A stretch of 32,000 bases of DNA from Candidatus Saccharimonadota bacterium (GTDB lineage Bacteria; Pseudomonadota; Gammaproteobacteria; Enterobacterales; Enterobacteriaceae), in contig CP188088.1 of assembly GCA_049942965.1 (NCBI GenBank), positions 120,001-152,000 of the forward strand. Direction: 5' to 3'. How positions within the stretch are numbered: the stretch's first letter is position 1; every line of letters starts with the position of its first letter. Shown here piece by piece: positions 9,970-20,119 of the stretch. Made by a program: the position numbers and the translations under genes. The notes under the pieces were generated by a model. The model saw nothing but the letters and a program-made list of their open reading frames with translations, made no database searches and was not told the DNA's origin.

Positions 9970-12537
9970 TTAAATTACAAAATTTAAAAGTTTATTTTTT
10001 ATATAAATGATTTTTTTTATTTTCTTTTCTTTTAGATATTTTTTTATTTTTTTAGATTTTTTTGCTAACAAGATTATTTTTTCTTCAGAGATTTTTTCTT
10101 TTTTTATTTTTATTTTCTCTCTTATTTTACTATTTACTTGTATTACTATTGTTATTTTAAAATTGATTATTTCATTTATTTCAAAAAAGTTTTTTTTCGG
10201 CCAAGAAGCATGGTCAATGTTATTTCTTCCTGTTAGTGAATTCCATAAAACAAAGCAAACATGTGGAATAAAAGGATACATCATTTTAATTATTAATAAT
10301 AATATTTGATGAAATACAGATTTTTCTTTTTGGTTTTTTATTTTATATTTCGATAATTCATTTACTAATTTCATTATTTCAGAAATAGCTGTATTAAATG
10401 ATTTTCTTTCATGAATGTCATAAGTAACTTTTTTTATTGTTAAATTAACTTTTTGTTTTATTTTTTCTTGAGAATTATCATTTTCGGTTTTATTAATGTT
10501 ATTAATATAATTATTTTTGTTTTTTTTATAGTGTTGAACTATTTTCCATATTTTTTTTATAAATCTATATGAACCTATTACTCCAGATTCATTCCATTCT
10601 AGAGATGCTTCTACGGGAGCGGAAAACATAATAAATAATCTGATTGTATCAGCTCCATATTTTTCTATCATAATTTTTGGATCTATTCCGTTTTTTTTTG
10701 ATTTGGACATTTTTGTCATTCCTGCATTGATTATTTTTTGACCATTATCAAGAAAATAATTTTTTATTTTTTTATTTTTGTCTTTTTTAATTATAGTTAG
10801 TTCTTTTGGAATCCATTTTATTGTTCCATCTTTTTTTATATAATAAAAAGCATTGGATAATACCATTCCTTGACATAATAAATTTTTTACGGGTTCGTCA
10901 GAATTTACTAATCCCATATCTCTTAATAATTTATGAAAAAACCTTAAATAAATTAAGTGCATTGTTGCATGTTCAACTCCTCCAATATATTGATCTATTG
11001 GAAGCCAATATTTTGCTGCCTGTAAATCAAACATCCCTTTTTTGAAGTTAGGAGAAGTATATCTGGCATAATACCAAGACGATTCTATAAAAGTATCGAA
11101 AGTATCTTTTTCTATTTGAACTTCTTCTCCATTAATTAAAAATTTTCTATTTTTTTCTGAAAAAATTATTTTTTTTTCATTTTTTTTATTTGTATTTTTT
11201 ATTTTAGGTAGTACGATTGGCAAATATTGTTCAGGAATAGAAAAAATTTTACCATTTTTATTTTTATACATTGGTATTGGAGTTCCCCAATATCTTTGTC
11301 TAGAAATTCCCCAATCTTTTATTTTAAAAATAGTTTTTGTTTGAATAATTTTTTGTTTGATTAGTTTTTGAAGTATTACTAAATGATTTTTTTTAACAGA
11401 TAGTTTTTTTGATTCTTGTAAAGAAGATAATTTTTTTTTGTTTAATACAATAGAATTATTTTTATGATTTTGTATTAATTGAATAATTGTAACATAGTCT
11501 TTTTTTTTAAAATTAAATTCTTCCAAAGAATCATTTGGACTACAAATTATAGCATTTATTTCTTTATAATTTTGATTTTTTTTTAAAAAATTAACAATCC
11601 ATATTGGGATTTTTTTCTTTGTGATAGGATGAATAGCTAATTCTTTTGTTTTTATTGCATATTTATTTATATCAATTTTATTAATGTTAATTTGGTTTTC
11701 TTTATTTTTATTATTGATTTTTTTTGAAATCCAATGATTTTTGGAAATAATTATATGAGTAGCTTCTACTATAGTATTTATTTTTTTTGTATAAACTTGA
11801 ATTTTTTCATTTCTATTGAATAAAGAAATAGTAATTTCAATTATTTTTTTTTTTCCGATCCAGTTTTTTTGCATTTTTTTTACTTCTTCAGGCCATTGTT
11901 TTAACAATGATAAATCATTAAATAATTGATTTGCATATTTTGTAATTTTAAGGAACCATTGATAAATTTTTTTCTTTTGAATTGATGTATTGCATCTCCA
12001 ACATTTATTATTTATTACTTGTTCGTTGGCTAGTACAGTTTTGTCGTTTGGACACCAATTTACAGTTGATTTTTTCTTATAGGCTAGTTTTTTTTTATAT
12101 AAAACAGTAAATAACCATTGCTCCCATTTATAATATTCTGGTTTTGAAGTATTTATTTCTCTAGACCAATCATAGCTATAACCAAGTTTAGTTAATTGTT
12201 CTTTCATGTATTCAATATTTTTTTTTGTCCATACTTCTGGGTGTATTTTATTTTCAATTGCAGCAATTTCTGCAGGTAATCCAAAAGCATCCCATCCCAT
12301 GGGATGTAATACGTTTTTTCCTAACATTCTTTGATATCTAGCAATAACATCTCCTATTGTATAATTTCGAACATGTCCCATATGTAAATTTCCAGAAGGG
12401 TAAGGTAACATAACCAAGCAATAGAATTTTTTTTTATTTTTTTTTTCGGTAGTTTTAAAAGTATTATTTTTTTTCCAATACTTTTGAACAAATTTTTCTA
12501 TTTTTTTTGGTTGATAAGACTCTTTTATAAGATCCAT
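9970..12537 (-). CDS. leuS: leucyl-tRNA synthetase
   Basis: The 855-aa ORF has the HIGH-type motif PYPSGNLHMGHVRNY, the KMSKS motif GMTKMSKSKKNGIDP, and WGISRQRYWGTPIP. Confidence 0.97.
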   Translation of the reverse strand: MDLIKESYQPKKIEKFVQKYWKKNNTFKTTEKKNKKKFYCLVMLPYPSGNLHMGHVRNYTIGDVIARYQRMLGKNVLHPMGWDAFGLPAEIAAIENKIHPEVWTKKNIEYMKEQLTKLGYSYDWSREINTSKPEYYKWEQWLFTVLYKKKLAYKKKSTVNWCPNDKTVLANEQVINNKCWRCNTSIQKKKIYQWFLKITKYANQLFNDLSLLKQWPEEVKKMQKNWIGKKKIIEITISLFNRNEKIQVYTKKINTIVEATHIIISKNHWISKKINNKNKENQININKIDINKYAIKTKELAIHPITKKKIPIWIVNFLKKNQNYKEINAIICSPNDSLEEFNFKKKDYVTIIQLIQNHKNNSIVLNKKKLSSLQESKKLSVKKNHLVILQKLIKQKIIQTKTIFKIKDWGISRQRYWGTPIPMYKNKNGKIFSIPEQYLPIVLPKIKNTNKKNEKKIIFSEKNRKFLINGEEVQIEKDTFDTFIESSWYYARYTSPNFKKGMFDLQAAKYWLPIDQYIGGVEHATMHLIYLRFFHKLLRDMGLVNSDEPVKNLLCQGMVLSNAFYYIKKDGTIKWIPKELTIIKKDKNKKIKNYFLDNGQKIINAGMTKMSKSKKNGIDPKIMIEKYGADTIRLFIMFSAPVEASLEWNESGVIGSYRFIKKIWKIVQHYKKNKNNYINNINKTENDNSQEKIKQKVNLTIKKVTYDIHERKSFNTAISEIMKLVNELSKYKIKNQKEKSVFHQILLLIIKMMYPFIPHVCFVLWNSLTGRNNIDHASWPKKNFFEINEIINFKITIVIQVNSKIREKIKIKKEKISEEKIILLAKKSKKIKKYLKEKKIKKIIYIKNKLLNFVI

Positions 12538-12864
12538 TAATTTGTCCTTGTTCTTTAGTTTGTTTAAATAAAAAATTTTTAATAAATTTAAATTTATTAA
12601 GATATAAAAAAATTTTTATAAGTTTTAAAAATATTTATTTTTAATATTTTTTTTGGTTGTATATATAATAAAATTAAAGGAATTTTGATAAAAAATTATG
12701 TTTTTTATAATATTTTTATAAAAATAATTTTTTATTTTTTTATTTTTTATTAAAATGATTTTTTTTTTTCATGATTGTTTATAATGAGTTTAGCAATTTT
12801 GAATTATTAAAAATATTTATTTTTAAGTTTTTTGAAGACTTTTTTTTAGTAATATTTTAAATAT

Positions 12865-13683
12865 CTAATTTTTTTTTATTTCAGATATTTTTTTTTCATT
12901 TGGAAACAAAACTTTTACTTGTATAATTTTTCTACTATCAGAAATAGAAACAATAAACACGTGTTTTTTAATAGATATTTTTTCTCCTTTTTTTGGTAAT
13001 CTTCCCAATTTTTTCATAATTAAACCTCCTATTGTATCTACTTCTCGATCATCAAAATTAGTTTTAAAAATTTTATTGAATTCTTTTATTTCAATGATTC
13101 CAGGTATTTTAAAAGATTTTTTATTTATTTGATGTATTATCAACATGTTATTTTTATCATATTCATCTTTTATTTCTCCTACAATAAGTTCCAAGACATC
13201 TTCAATTGTTACTAATCCAGATACAATTCCAAATTCGTCTATTACAATAGAAAGATGACGTTTTTTAGATCTAAATTCTTTTAGCATCAAATTAACAAAT
13301 TTACTTTCAGGAACTACAATAGCTGGACGTAATATTTTTTTTATATGGAAGTTTTTTGAATTTTTATACATGAATGGTAATAAATCCTTTGCAATTAATA
13401 TTCCTTTAACATAGTTTTTATCCTTGCTCATTACAGGATATCTGGAATGTGAAGATTTAATTATGGTATTTATACATGTTTTAAAATTACAATGAAAATC
13501 CAAAGTTACCATTTTTGTTCTTGGAATCATTATTTGATGTACTCTTTTTTCATAAATATTTAGTACACCTTCCAACATTTTTCGAGTATCTAAATCGATG
13601 ATTTTGTTTTTTTTAGCGTTTTTAATAATTTTAATTAGTTCTTTCTTATTTTTTGGATCTTCGTTTCTTATTGGATGAAACAA
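12865..13683 (-). CDS. corC: CBS-domain Mg2+/Co2+ efflux protein CorC (YbeX). The listed ORF starts at TTG. The probable ancestral ATG at 13738 is out of frame across an A24 tract.
   Basis: The ORF contains RVHQIMIPRTKM, SHSRYPV, LRPAIVVPESK, MLKEFRSKKRHLSIVIDEFGIVSGLVTIEDVLELIVGEIKDEYD, EVDTIGGLIMKKLGRLPKKGE and DSRKIIQVKV. It is collinear with E. coli CorC. Confidence 0.9.
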   Translation of the reverse strand: MFHPIRNEDPKNKKELIKIIKNAKKNKIIDLDTRKMLEGVLNIYEKRVHQIMIPRTKMVTLDFHCNFKTCINTIIKSSHSRYPVMSKDKNYVKGILIAKDLLPFMYKNSKNFHIKKILRPAIVVPESKFVNLMLKEFRSKKRHLSIVIDEFGIVSGLVTIEDVLELIVGEIKDEYDKNNMLIIHQINKKSFKIPGIIEIKEFNKIFKTNFDDREVDTIGGLIMKKLGRLPKKGEKISIKKHVFIVSISDSRKIIQVKVLFPNEKKISEIKKN

Positions 13684-13697
13684 GTTAGAAAAAAAAC

Positions 13698-13721
13698 TTT
13701 TTTTTTTTTTTTTTTTTTTTT
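13698..13721 (-). repeat. A24 homopolymer (T24 on the + strand) between the upstream ATG and the corC body
   Basis: Counted directly: 13698-13700 (3 T), 13701-13720 (20 T) and 13721 (1 T). Confidence 0.9.
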
Positions 13722-13782
13722 ATTGAAATAATTCTCATTCATTATATTTATTTTTACTCATTGTAAGATTTAGTAAAAATGG

Positions 13783-14247
13783 CTATTGAATAATATTATA
13801 TGGTTTTTTAAAACCTAAAGATAGTAAACATTTAGTTTCTATATTTTCCATTTTTTTTCTATCATTATATTTTATATGATTAAATCCAAGTAAATGTAAA
13901 CCTCCGTGTATTATAATGTGAGCCCAATGCGAATGAATTGATTTTTTTTGTATTTTTGCTTCTTCTTCAATTATTTCTGCACATATAATTAGATCTCCTA
14001 AAAAATAATATTTATTTTTTAGTTTTTTATTAAAATAAGAAAAAGATAAGATGTTAGTTGGTTTATTCTTTTTTCTATATCTGTAATTTAAATTATGTAT
14101 TTCAGGTTTATCGACAATTCTAACTGTTATTTCTATACATTGTTTTCCTTTATATATGGTTTTTAGCCATAAAACAAAATCTTTTTTTTTTGGTAATAAT
14201 TTTCTTTTTATACATATGATTTGTAGATTTAAATTTAGATTTCTCAT
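13783..14247 (-). CDS. ybeY: endoribonuclease YbeY (16S rRNA maturation)
   Basis: The 154-aa ORF has the metal-binding motif HIIIHGGLHLLGFNH. It lies between miaB and corC, as in E. coli. Confidence 0.9.
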   Translation of the reverse strand: MRNLNLNLQIICIKRKLLPKKKDFVLWLKTIYKGKQCIEITVRIVDKPEIHNLNYRYRKKNKPTNILSFSYFNKKLKNKYYFLGDLIICAEIIEEEAKIQKKSIHSHWAHIIIHGGLHLLGFNHIKYNDRKKMENIETKCLLSLGFKKPYNIIQ

Positions 14248-14268
14248 TTTATTGTTTGAAAATATTTT

Positions 14269-15603
14269 TTATTCATTTTTTATAGTTTTTCCATATAAAT
14301 TATAAGTACTAAAATCAATTATTTTCACTTTAGTAAAATTACCAATTAGTTTTTTCTCTCCATTAAAAAAAACGTTTCTGTTATTTTCTGTTTTTCCCAT
14401 GAGATTAAAATTTATTTTTTCCGATTCTTTTTCTACAAGAATTGTTTTTTCTTTATTTAACATTTTTTTACTCCAATAAAGTGTTTGTTCATTTATTATT
14501 TTTTGCAAAAAATATAATCTTTCTTTTTTTTCTTCAACAGATGTAAAATCTTTCATTTTAGAAGCAGGAGTTCCTGGTCTTTTAGAATATATAAAACTAA
14601 AACTCATATCGAATTTAATTTCTTTTATTAATTTAATTGTTTCTAAAAAATCTGATTCGGTTTCTCCTGGAAAACCTACTATAAAATCAGAACTAATCTG
14701 AATATTATTTCTTACATTTTTTAATTTATTTATAATTTCTTTATATTCTTGAACAGTATGTAATCTTTTCATTTTTCTTAAGATTTTATTTGATCCACTT
14801 TGTATAGGTAAATGCAAGAAATTAACAATTTTCTTTGTTTTTGCATATGCATTTATAATATCGTCTGTAAATTGAAATGGATTACTAGTAGTAAATCTAA
14901 TTCTATCAATTCCGTTAATTTCTGATACCAATAGTAACAATTCAGAAAATTTGCATAATTTATTGTATTTTCCAATTCCTAGATAAGAATTTACATTTTG
15001 TCCTAGCAAGTTTATTTCTTTTACCCCATTTTCTGAAAGATTTTCAATTTCACTTAAAATGTGGTTTACTGGACGACTTATTTCTTTACCTCTAGTAAAT
15101 GGGACAATACAAAACGAACAATAATTATTACAACCTTCCATTATAGAAACAAATGAGCTTATTTTTTTTTTTATTTTTTTTACTTTCTTGTGAATTTTAA
15201 ATTTTGTAAATTTATCAAAAGAAATGTCTATAATTAAATTATTTGAAGAATATGATTCTCTAATCATTTTTGATAATTTATGTAGACTTTGTGTACCAAA
15301 TATTATATTTACATAATTTGCTCTTTTATAGATTTTTTCTCCGTCTTGAGTAGCTACACATCCTCCCACAGCGATTATTGTATTTGGTTTTTTTTGTTTT
15401 ATTTTTTTCCATCTTCCTAATTGATGAAAAACTTTTTCTTGTGCTTTTTCTCTTATTGAACAAGTATTTAATATAAAAATGTTAGCTTTTTTTTGGTTTT
15501 TAGTTTTTATATATCCTTCATTAGTTAGCTGTTTTTCAATTAGTTCAGTATCATATTCATTCATTTGACAACCCCAAGTCTTTATATAAAAAAATTTTTT
15601 CAT
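14269..15603 (-). CDS. miaB: tRNA-i6A37 methylthiotransferase MiaB (radical SAM)
   Basis: The ORF starts KKFFYIKTWGCQMNEYD. It has the radical-SAM cluster motif EGCNNYCSFCIVPFTRG and a C-terminal TRAM-like region. Confidence 0.94.
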   Translation of the reverse strand: MKKFFYIKTWGCQMNEYDTELIEKQLTNEGYIKTKNQKKANIFILNTCSIREKAQEKVFHQLGRWKKIKQKKPNTIIAVGGCVATQDGEKIYKRANYVNIIFGTQSLHKLSKMIRESYSSNNLIIDISFDKFTKFKIHKKVKKIKKKISSFVSIMEGCNNYCSFCIVPFTRGKEISRPVNHILSEIENLSENGVKEINLLGQNVNSYLGIGKYNKLCKFSELLLLVSEINGIDRIRFTTSNPFQFTDDIINAYAKTKKIVNFLHLPIQSGSNKILRKMKRLHTVQEYKEIINKLKNVRNNIQISSDFIVGFPGETESDFLETIKLIKEIKFDMSFSFIYSKRPGTPASKMKDFTSVEEKKERLYFLQKIINEQTLYWSKKMLNKEKTILVEKESEKINFNLMGKTENNRNVFFNGEKKLIGNFTKVKIIDFSTYNLYGKTIKNE

Positions 15604-15677
15604 TATTTATAATTCCTTGTATAATTATTTTATAAAATAGTTTTTTTACTAATGAATTTCAGAATATATAGTTTAGT

Positions 15678-16475
15678 TTATATTGCAACTTTAGCCTGTA
15701 TATGAGGATAAGGATTGTAATTTTTAAATTTAAAATGATTAAATGTATATTTGAATAAAGAACTTGGTCGAGGGTTTTTAATAATTAAATTTGGTAATTT
15801 TTTTGGAATTCTTTTTAGTTGTATTGACGCACTTTTTAAATGATTTTTATATAAATGAATATCTCCACCTGTCCATAAAAGGTCTCCTAATTTTAATTTA
15901 CATTGATGAGCTATCATATGTGTAAGTAATGCATAACTAGCTATGTTAAAAGGAAATCCTAAAAAAATGTCACAAGATCTTTGATATATTTGACAACTTA
16001 ATTTATTGTTTGTAACATTTAATTGAAATAAAACATGACAAGGAGGAATAGACATTAGTGAAATTTCAGCAGTATTCCAACTAGAAACAATCATTCTTCT
16101 AGAATTGGGAGAGTTTATTATTTCTTTTAAAATAAATTTTAATTGATCAATTGATTTTCCGTCATAAGTTTTCCATTGTCTCCATTGCTGTCCATAAATT
16201 GGACCTAAATCTCCTTTTGTATCTGCCCATTCGTCCCAAATAGATATATTGTTTTTATTTAAGTATTTTATGTTTGTATCTCCTTTTAAAAACCATAATA
16301 ATTCGTGTATTATAGATGGTAAATGACATTTTTTTGTTGTAATTAGTGGAAATCCTTTATTTAAATTTATTCGGATATGATAACCAAAAATAGATAACAC
16401 TCCAATTCCAGTACGATCTAATTTATCTTGTCCAGTATTTACAATTTTTTTTAGTAATTTAAGATATTTTTTCAT
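15678..16475 (-). CDS. thyA: thymidylate synthase
   Basis: The ORF contains [34 protein letters not shown], the PPCH active-site Cys, and DIHLYKNH. Confidence 0.96.
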   Translation of the reverse strand: MKKYLKLLKKIVNTGQDKLDRTGIGVLSIFGYHIRINLNKGFPLITTKKCHLPSIIHELLWFLKGDTNIKYLNKNNISIWDEWADTKGDLGPIYGQQWRQWKTYDGKSIDQLKFILKEIINSPNSRRMIVSSWNTAEISLMSIPPCHVLFQLNVTNNKLSCQIYQRSCDIFLGFPFNIASYALLTHMIAHQCKLKLGDLLWTGGDIHLYKNHLKSASIQLKRIPKKLPNLIIKNPRPSSLFKYTFNHFKFKNYNPYPHIQAKVAI

Positions 16476-17329
16476 TTTTTTATTTTTAAATTAATTATTA
16501 ATAAATATATTCCCAACAAAATCATTGGTATTGACAAAATTTGACCCATAGTAAAATTGTTAAATATAAATCCTATTTGAAAATCTGGTTCTCTAAAAAA
16601 TTCTAGTATAAATCTAATAAATCCATATAAAATAAGAAAAATACCAGTTATTAATCCTTTCTTAAGTTTTTTATCTTTTAGTTGGTAGAATATAAAAAAT
16701 AAAAATACTCCTTCAAACAAAAACTCATAAATTTGAGATGCATGTCTTGGTAAGTTATTAAACTGATTAAATATTGTTAATAATTCTGGTTTTTTTTGTG
16801 CTATTTCCAGATCAAATTGCCTAGCTTTAGGGAATAGAAAAGATATTACAAGGTTTGTGTTTATTCTTCCATATAATTCTCCATTTATAAAATTTCCTAT
16901 TCTACCGATAGCTAATCCAAATGGGATTAAAGGTATAACAAAATCAGATATTTTTAAAAATTCTATTTTTTTTTTTTTGCAAAAATATTTTATTCCTAAA
17001 ATTACCCCTAATAAACCTCCATGAAAAGACATTCCTCCGTTCCAAATTTTTGGAATAGAAAATAATTTTTCTGTAATTGTTTGAGTATCATAAAAAATTA
17101 TATATCCAATTCTGCCACCAATAATCATAGATATAAAACAATAAAATATTAAATTTTCTATTTCATTTTTTTTTAGTTTTATTTTTTGTTTTTTTGCATT
17201 TTTTTTTCCATACCATAATGCAAATATTAAACTCATTAGATACATTGTTCCATACCAGTAAATAGATATTGGTCCTATGGATAATATTATTGGATTAATT
17301 ATTGGAGTTTGTATTAATAAATGTTTCAT
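16472..17329 (-). CDS. lgt: phosphatidylglycerol-prolipoprotein diacylglyceryl transferase
   Basis: The ORF contains [39 protein letters not shown] and PRHASQIYE. Its TGA stop overlaps the thyA ATG (ATGA at 16472-16475). Confidence 0.93.
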   Translation of the reverse strand: MKHLLIQTPIINPIILSIGPISIYWYGTMYLMSLIFALWYGKKNAKKQKIKLKKNEIENLIFYCFISMIIGGRIGYIIFYDTQTITEKLFSIPKIWNGGMSFHGGLLGVILGIKYFCKKKKIEFLKISDFVIPLIPFGLAIGRIGNFINGELYGRINTNLVISFLFPKARQFDLEIAQKKPELLTIFNQFNNLPRHASQIYEFLFEGVFLFFIFYQLKDKKLKKGLITGIFLILYGFIRFILEFFREPDFQIGFIFNNFTMGQILSIPMILLGIYLLIINLKIKK

Positions 17330-17336
17330 TATTTTT

Positions 17337-18569
17337 TTATATGTTTTCTAGCATTAACATTTCTTGAAATGTTTGTCTTTTTCGAATTATTCTAAAATTT
17401 TTATTTTCTATTAGTATTTCGGGGATTAATGGTCTACTATTGTAGTTTGAAGACATAGATGAACCATAAGCTCCAGTGTCATGAAAAATTACATAATCTC
17501 CTATTTCTGTTTTTGGTAGCAATCTACTTGTTGTCATTTTTATTTTAGTCTGTGTAAATATATCTCCTGATTCACATAAAGGACCACCAATAATTGTTTT
17601 TACCATTTTTATAGATTTTTCTTTATTCCTCTTGATAATTGATATGTGGTGATAACTACCATACAATGCAGGTCGTATTAATTCATTAAAACCAACATTA
17701 ACTAATGTATATTTTTTTTTTCCCATTTTTTTTATTGATCTAACTGTTGATACTAAAATTCCAGATTCAGCAACTAAAAATCTCCCTGGCTCAATTTCTA
17801 ATTTTATTGGATTTCCAAAATATTGAGAAATTTTTTTTCTAGTCTTATCCCAAATTTTAAAAAAGCTTTCTACATTAAATTTTTTTTCATTTGGTTTATA
17901 TGGAATTGAAAGTCCTCCTCCGGTAGAAATAAATTTTATTTTTTGTTTAAAACTAAACACTGTTTCCATCATTTTTTTACATACTTTTTTTAAATTATTT
18001 ATATTTATTCCTGATCCAATATGCATATGTATTCCAATTAATTTAAATTTATATTTTTTTATATAAGATAAACTTTCTTGGATATTCCATATTCCATGTT
18101 TGCTATTTTCTCCTCCAGTATTTGTTTTTTCGTTATGTCCATATCCAAATTTAGGATTTATTCGTAACCAAATTTTATGTCCTGGAGATAGATTTCCTAA
18201 TTGTTCCAACATGTTAATAGATCCAATATTTACAGTTATTTTTAACGCAATAATTTTTTTTATTAATTGATTAGTTTCAAATAAATCTGATGTAAACACG
18301 ATATCTTTTTCTGGATCATATCCTGCAGAAATAGCTCTTTCTATTTCTCCTTCAGAAACGGCATCAACTTTAACTTTATTTTCTTTCATGATTTTTAAAA
18401 TATGTATATTGGAACATGCTTTTTGAGCAAATCGAATTGAATCAAATTTTTTGAGTTGATTAATTCTTTTTTTTATAGTATTACTATCATATATCCATAG
18501 AGGAGTTTTATATTTTTTGATTATTTCTAATATATTTTTTTCATTTAAATTTTTTAAATTATTTTTCAT
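17337..18569 (-). CDS. lysA: diaminopimelate decarboxylase
   Basis: The 410-aa ORF has TPLWIYD, FAQKACSN (PLP-Lys region), GIHMHIGSG, EPGRFLVAESG, GPLCESGD and HDTGAYGSSMSSNYNSRP. Confidence 0.92.
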   Translation of the reverse strand: MKNNLKNLNEKNILEIIKKYKTPLWIYDSNTIKKRINQLKKFDSIRFAQKACSNIHILKIMKENKVKVDAVSEGEIERAISAGYDPEKDIVFTSDLFETNQLIKKIIALKITVNIGSINMLEQLGNLSPGHKIWLRINPKFGYGHNEKTNTGGENSKHGIWNIQESLSYIKKYKFKLIGIHMHIGSGININNLKKVCKKMMETVFSFKQKIKFISTGGGLSIPYKPNEKKFNVESFFKIWDKTRKKISQYFGNPIKLEIEPGRFLVAESGILVSTVRSIKKMGKKKYTLVNVGFNELIRPALYGSYHHISIIKRNKEKSIKMVKTIIGGPLCESGDIFTQTKIKMTTSRLLPKTEIGDYVIFHDTGAYGSSMSSNYNSRPLIPEILIENKNFRIIRKRQTFQEMLMLENI

Positions 18570-18598
18570 ATAGGTGTCTTGAAATAATAAATATTTTT

Positions 18599-20107
18599 TT
18601 ATTTTTTATAATTAGATCGCATAGTTGGAAATAAGATAACATCTTTGATATTTTTTTGGTTTGTAAAAAACATGATTAATCTATCAATTCCTATTCCAAT
18701 TCCTGCTGTAGGAGGCAAACCATGTTCTAAAGCAGTAATGTAGTTATCATCATAATACATGGTGTTTTTATATCCAATTTTTTTCAGTTTAGATTGTTCT
18801 AAAAATCTTTTTTTTTGATCTTCAGGATCATTTAACTCTGAAAAACCATTAGCAATTTCATATCCTCCTAAAAAAAATTCAAAACGATCAGCAATTGTTC
18901 GTTTTTTATCATTTCTTCTAGATAATGGAGATACTTCAATAGGGTATTGAGTTATAAAAGTAGGTTGAATTAATTTTTTTTCAATTATTTTCTCAAATAT
19001 TTCATTAATTAATTCTCCAATTTTCCAATCTTTTTTTGTTTCAATTCCTAGTTTTTTTGATTTTTCAATTAATTTACTAAAATTTTTTAAATCTGACTCT
19101 TGTATATTAGGAATATATTTTAAAATAGATTCTTTCATCGTAAATTCATTATATGGTTTTGAAAAATCAAATTTTTGATCTTTGTATTTTATTATTTTTG
19201 TTCCGAAGATTTTATTTGAGATATTTTTTAGTAGTTTTTTTAAAAGATCTATCATGTCTTTATAATTAGCATAAGCCATGTATATTTCTAGCATAGTAAA
19301 TTCTGGATTATGTTTAAATGAAATTCCTTCATTTCTAAAACTACGATTAATTTCAAAAATTTTCGTAAAACCACCAATAATTAATTGTTTTAAATATAGT
19401 TCTGGAGAAATTCGTAAATACATACTTGTATCATATGCATTGTGATAAGTCATAAACGGACGTGCTGTTGCACCTCCAGGAATCATATGTAACATTGGAG
19501 TTTCTACTTCTAGAAATTGATGACAATTCATAAATTTTCTTATTTCCGCAATTATTTTTGATCTGATTATAAATTTTTTTTTTGATTTTTTATTAGTTAT
19601 TAGATCTAGATATCTTTTACGAAATTTAATTTCAGGATCTGATAAACCATGATATTTGTCAGGTAAAGATCTAAGAGATTTTGTGAGTATATGTACTTTT
19701 ATAGATCTTATAGACAGTTGATCAGTTTGTGTTTTAAATAATTCCCCTTGTGTACTAATTATGTCTCCTATATCTATCTTTTTCATTAAAGATTCATATT
19801 TTTTTTGGCAAAAATTGTTGTTTTGTCTAATATAAATTTGAATGCAATGTGTATTATCTTGTATTAATATAAATGTTGCTTTTCCAATAATTCTTTTTTG
19901 TAGTATTCGTCCAGCTATTTTTATTTCTATTTTTAATTTTTGAAGATTTTCTTTAGTAAATTCAGAAAATTCTGATAAAATTTTTTTAGCAGTGTAATTT
20001 GGTTTAAATTTATTTGGAAAAGAAAAACCTTTTTTTTTCATTTTTTTTAGTTTTTCTGATCTATTTTTATATTCATGTTTTTTATTTCTTGTTTCTATTT
20101 CTAACAT
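18599..20107 (-). CDS. lysS: lysyl-tRNA synthetase, class II
   Basis: The ORF contains FLEVETPMLHMIPGGATARPF, RSFRNEGIS, HNPEFTMLE and GLPPTAGIGIGIDRL. It is directly downstream of prfB, as in E. coli. Confidence 0.96.
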   Translation of the reverse strand: MLEIETRNKKHEYKNRSEKLKKMKKKGFSFPNKFKPNYTAKKILSEFSEFTKENLQKLKIEIKIAGRILQKRIIGKATFILIQDNTHCIQIYIRQNNNFCQKKYESLMKKIDIGDIISTQGELFKTQTDQLSIRSIKVHILTKSLRSLPDKYHGLSDPEIKFRKRYLDLITNKKSKKKFIIRSKIIAEIRKFMNCHQFLEVETPMLHMIPGGATARPFMTYHNAYDTSMYLRISPELYLKQLIIGGFTKIFEINRSFRNEGISFKHNPEFTMLEIYMAYANYKDMIDLLKKLLKNISNKIFGTKIIKYKDQKFDFSKPYNEFTMKESILKYIPNIQESDLKNFSKLIEKSKKLGIETKKDWKIGELINEIFEKIIEKKLIQPTFITQYPIEVSPLSRRNDKKRTIADRFEFFLGGYEIANGFSELNDPEDQKKRFLEQSKLKKIGYKNTMYYDDNYITALEHGLPPTAGIGIGIDRLIMFFTNQKNIKDVILFPTMRSNYKK

Positions 20108-20119
20108 TTAAGAAGTACC

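Noticed and set aside
12538-12864. A possible lnt pseudogene relic between corC and leuS
   Set aside because: I could not recognise any Lnt-like peptide in any frame by eye. The spacer is far shorter than lnt (about 1.5 kb). It is left as unannotated intergenic sequence.
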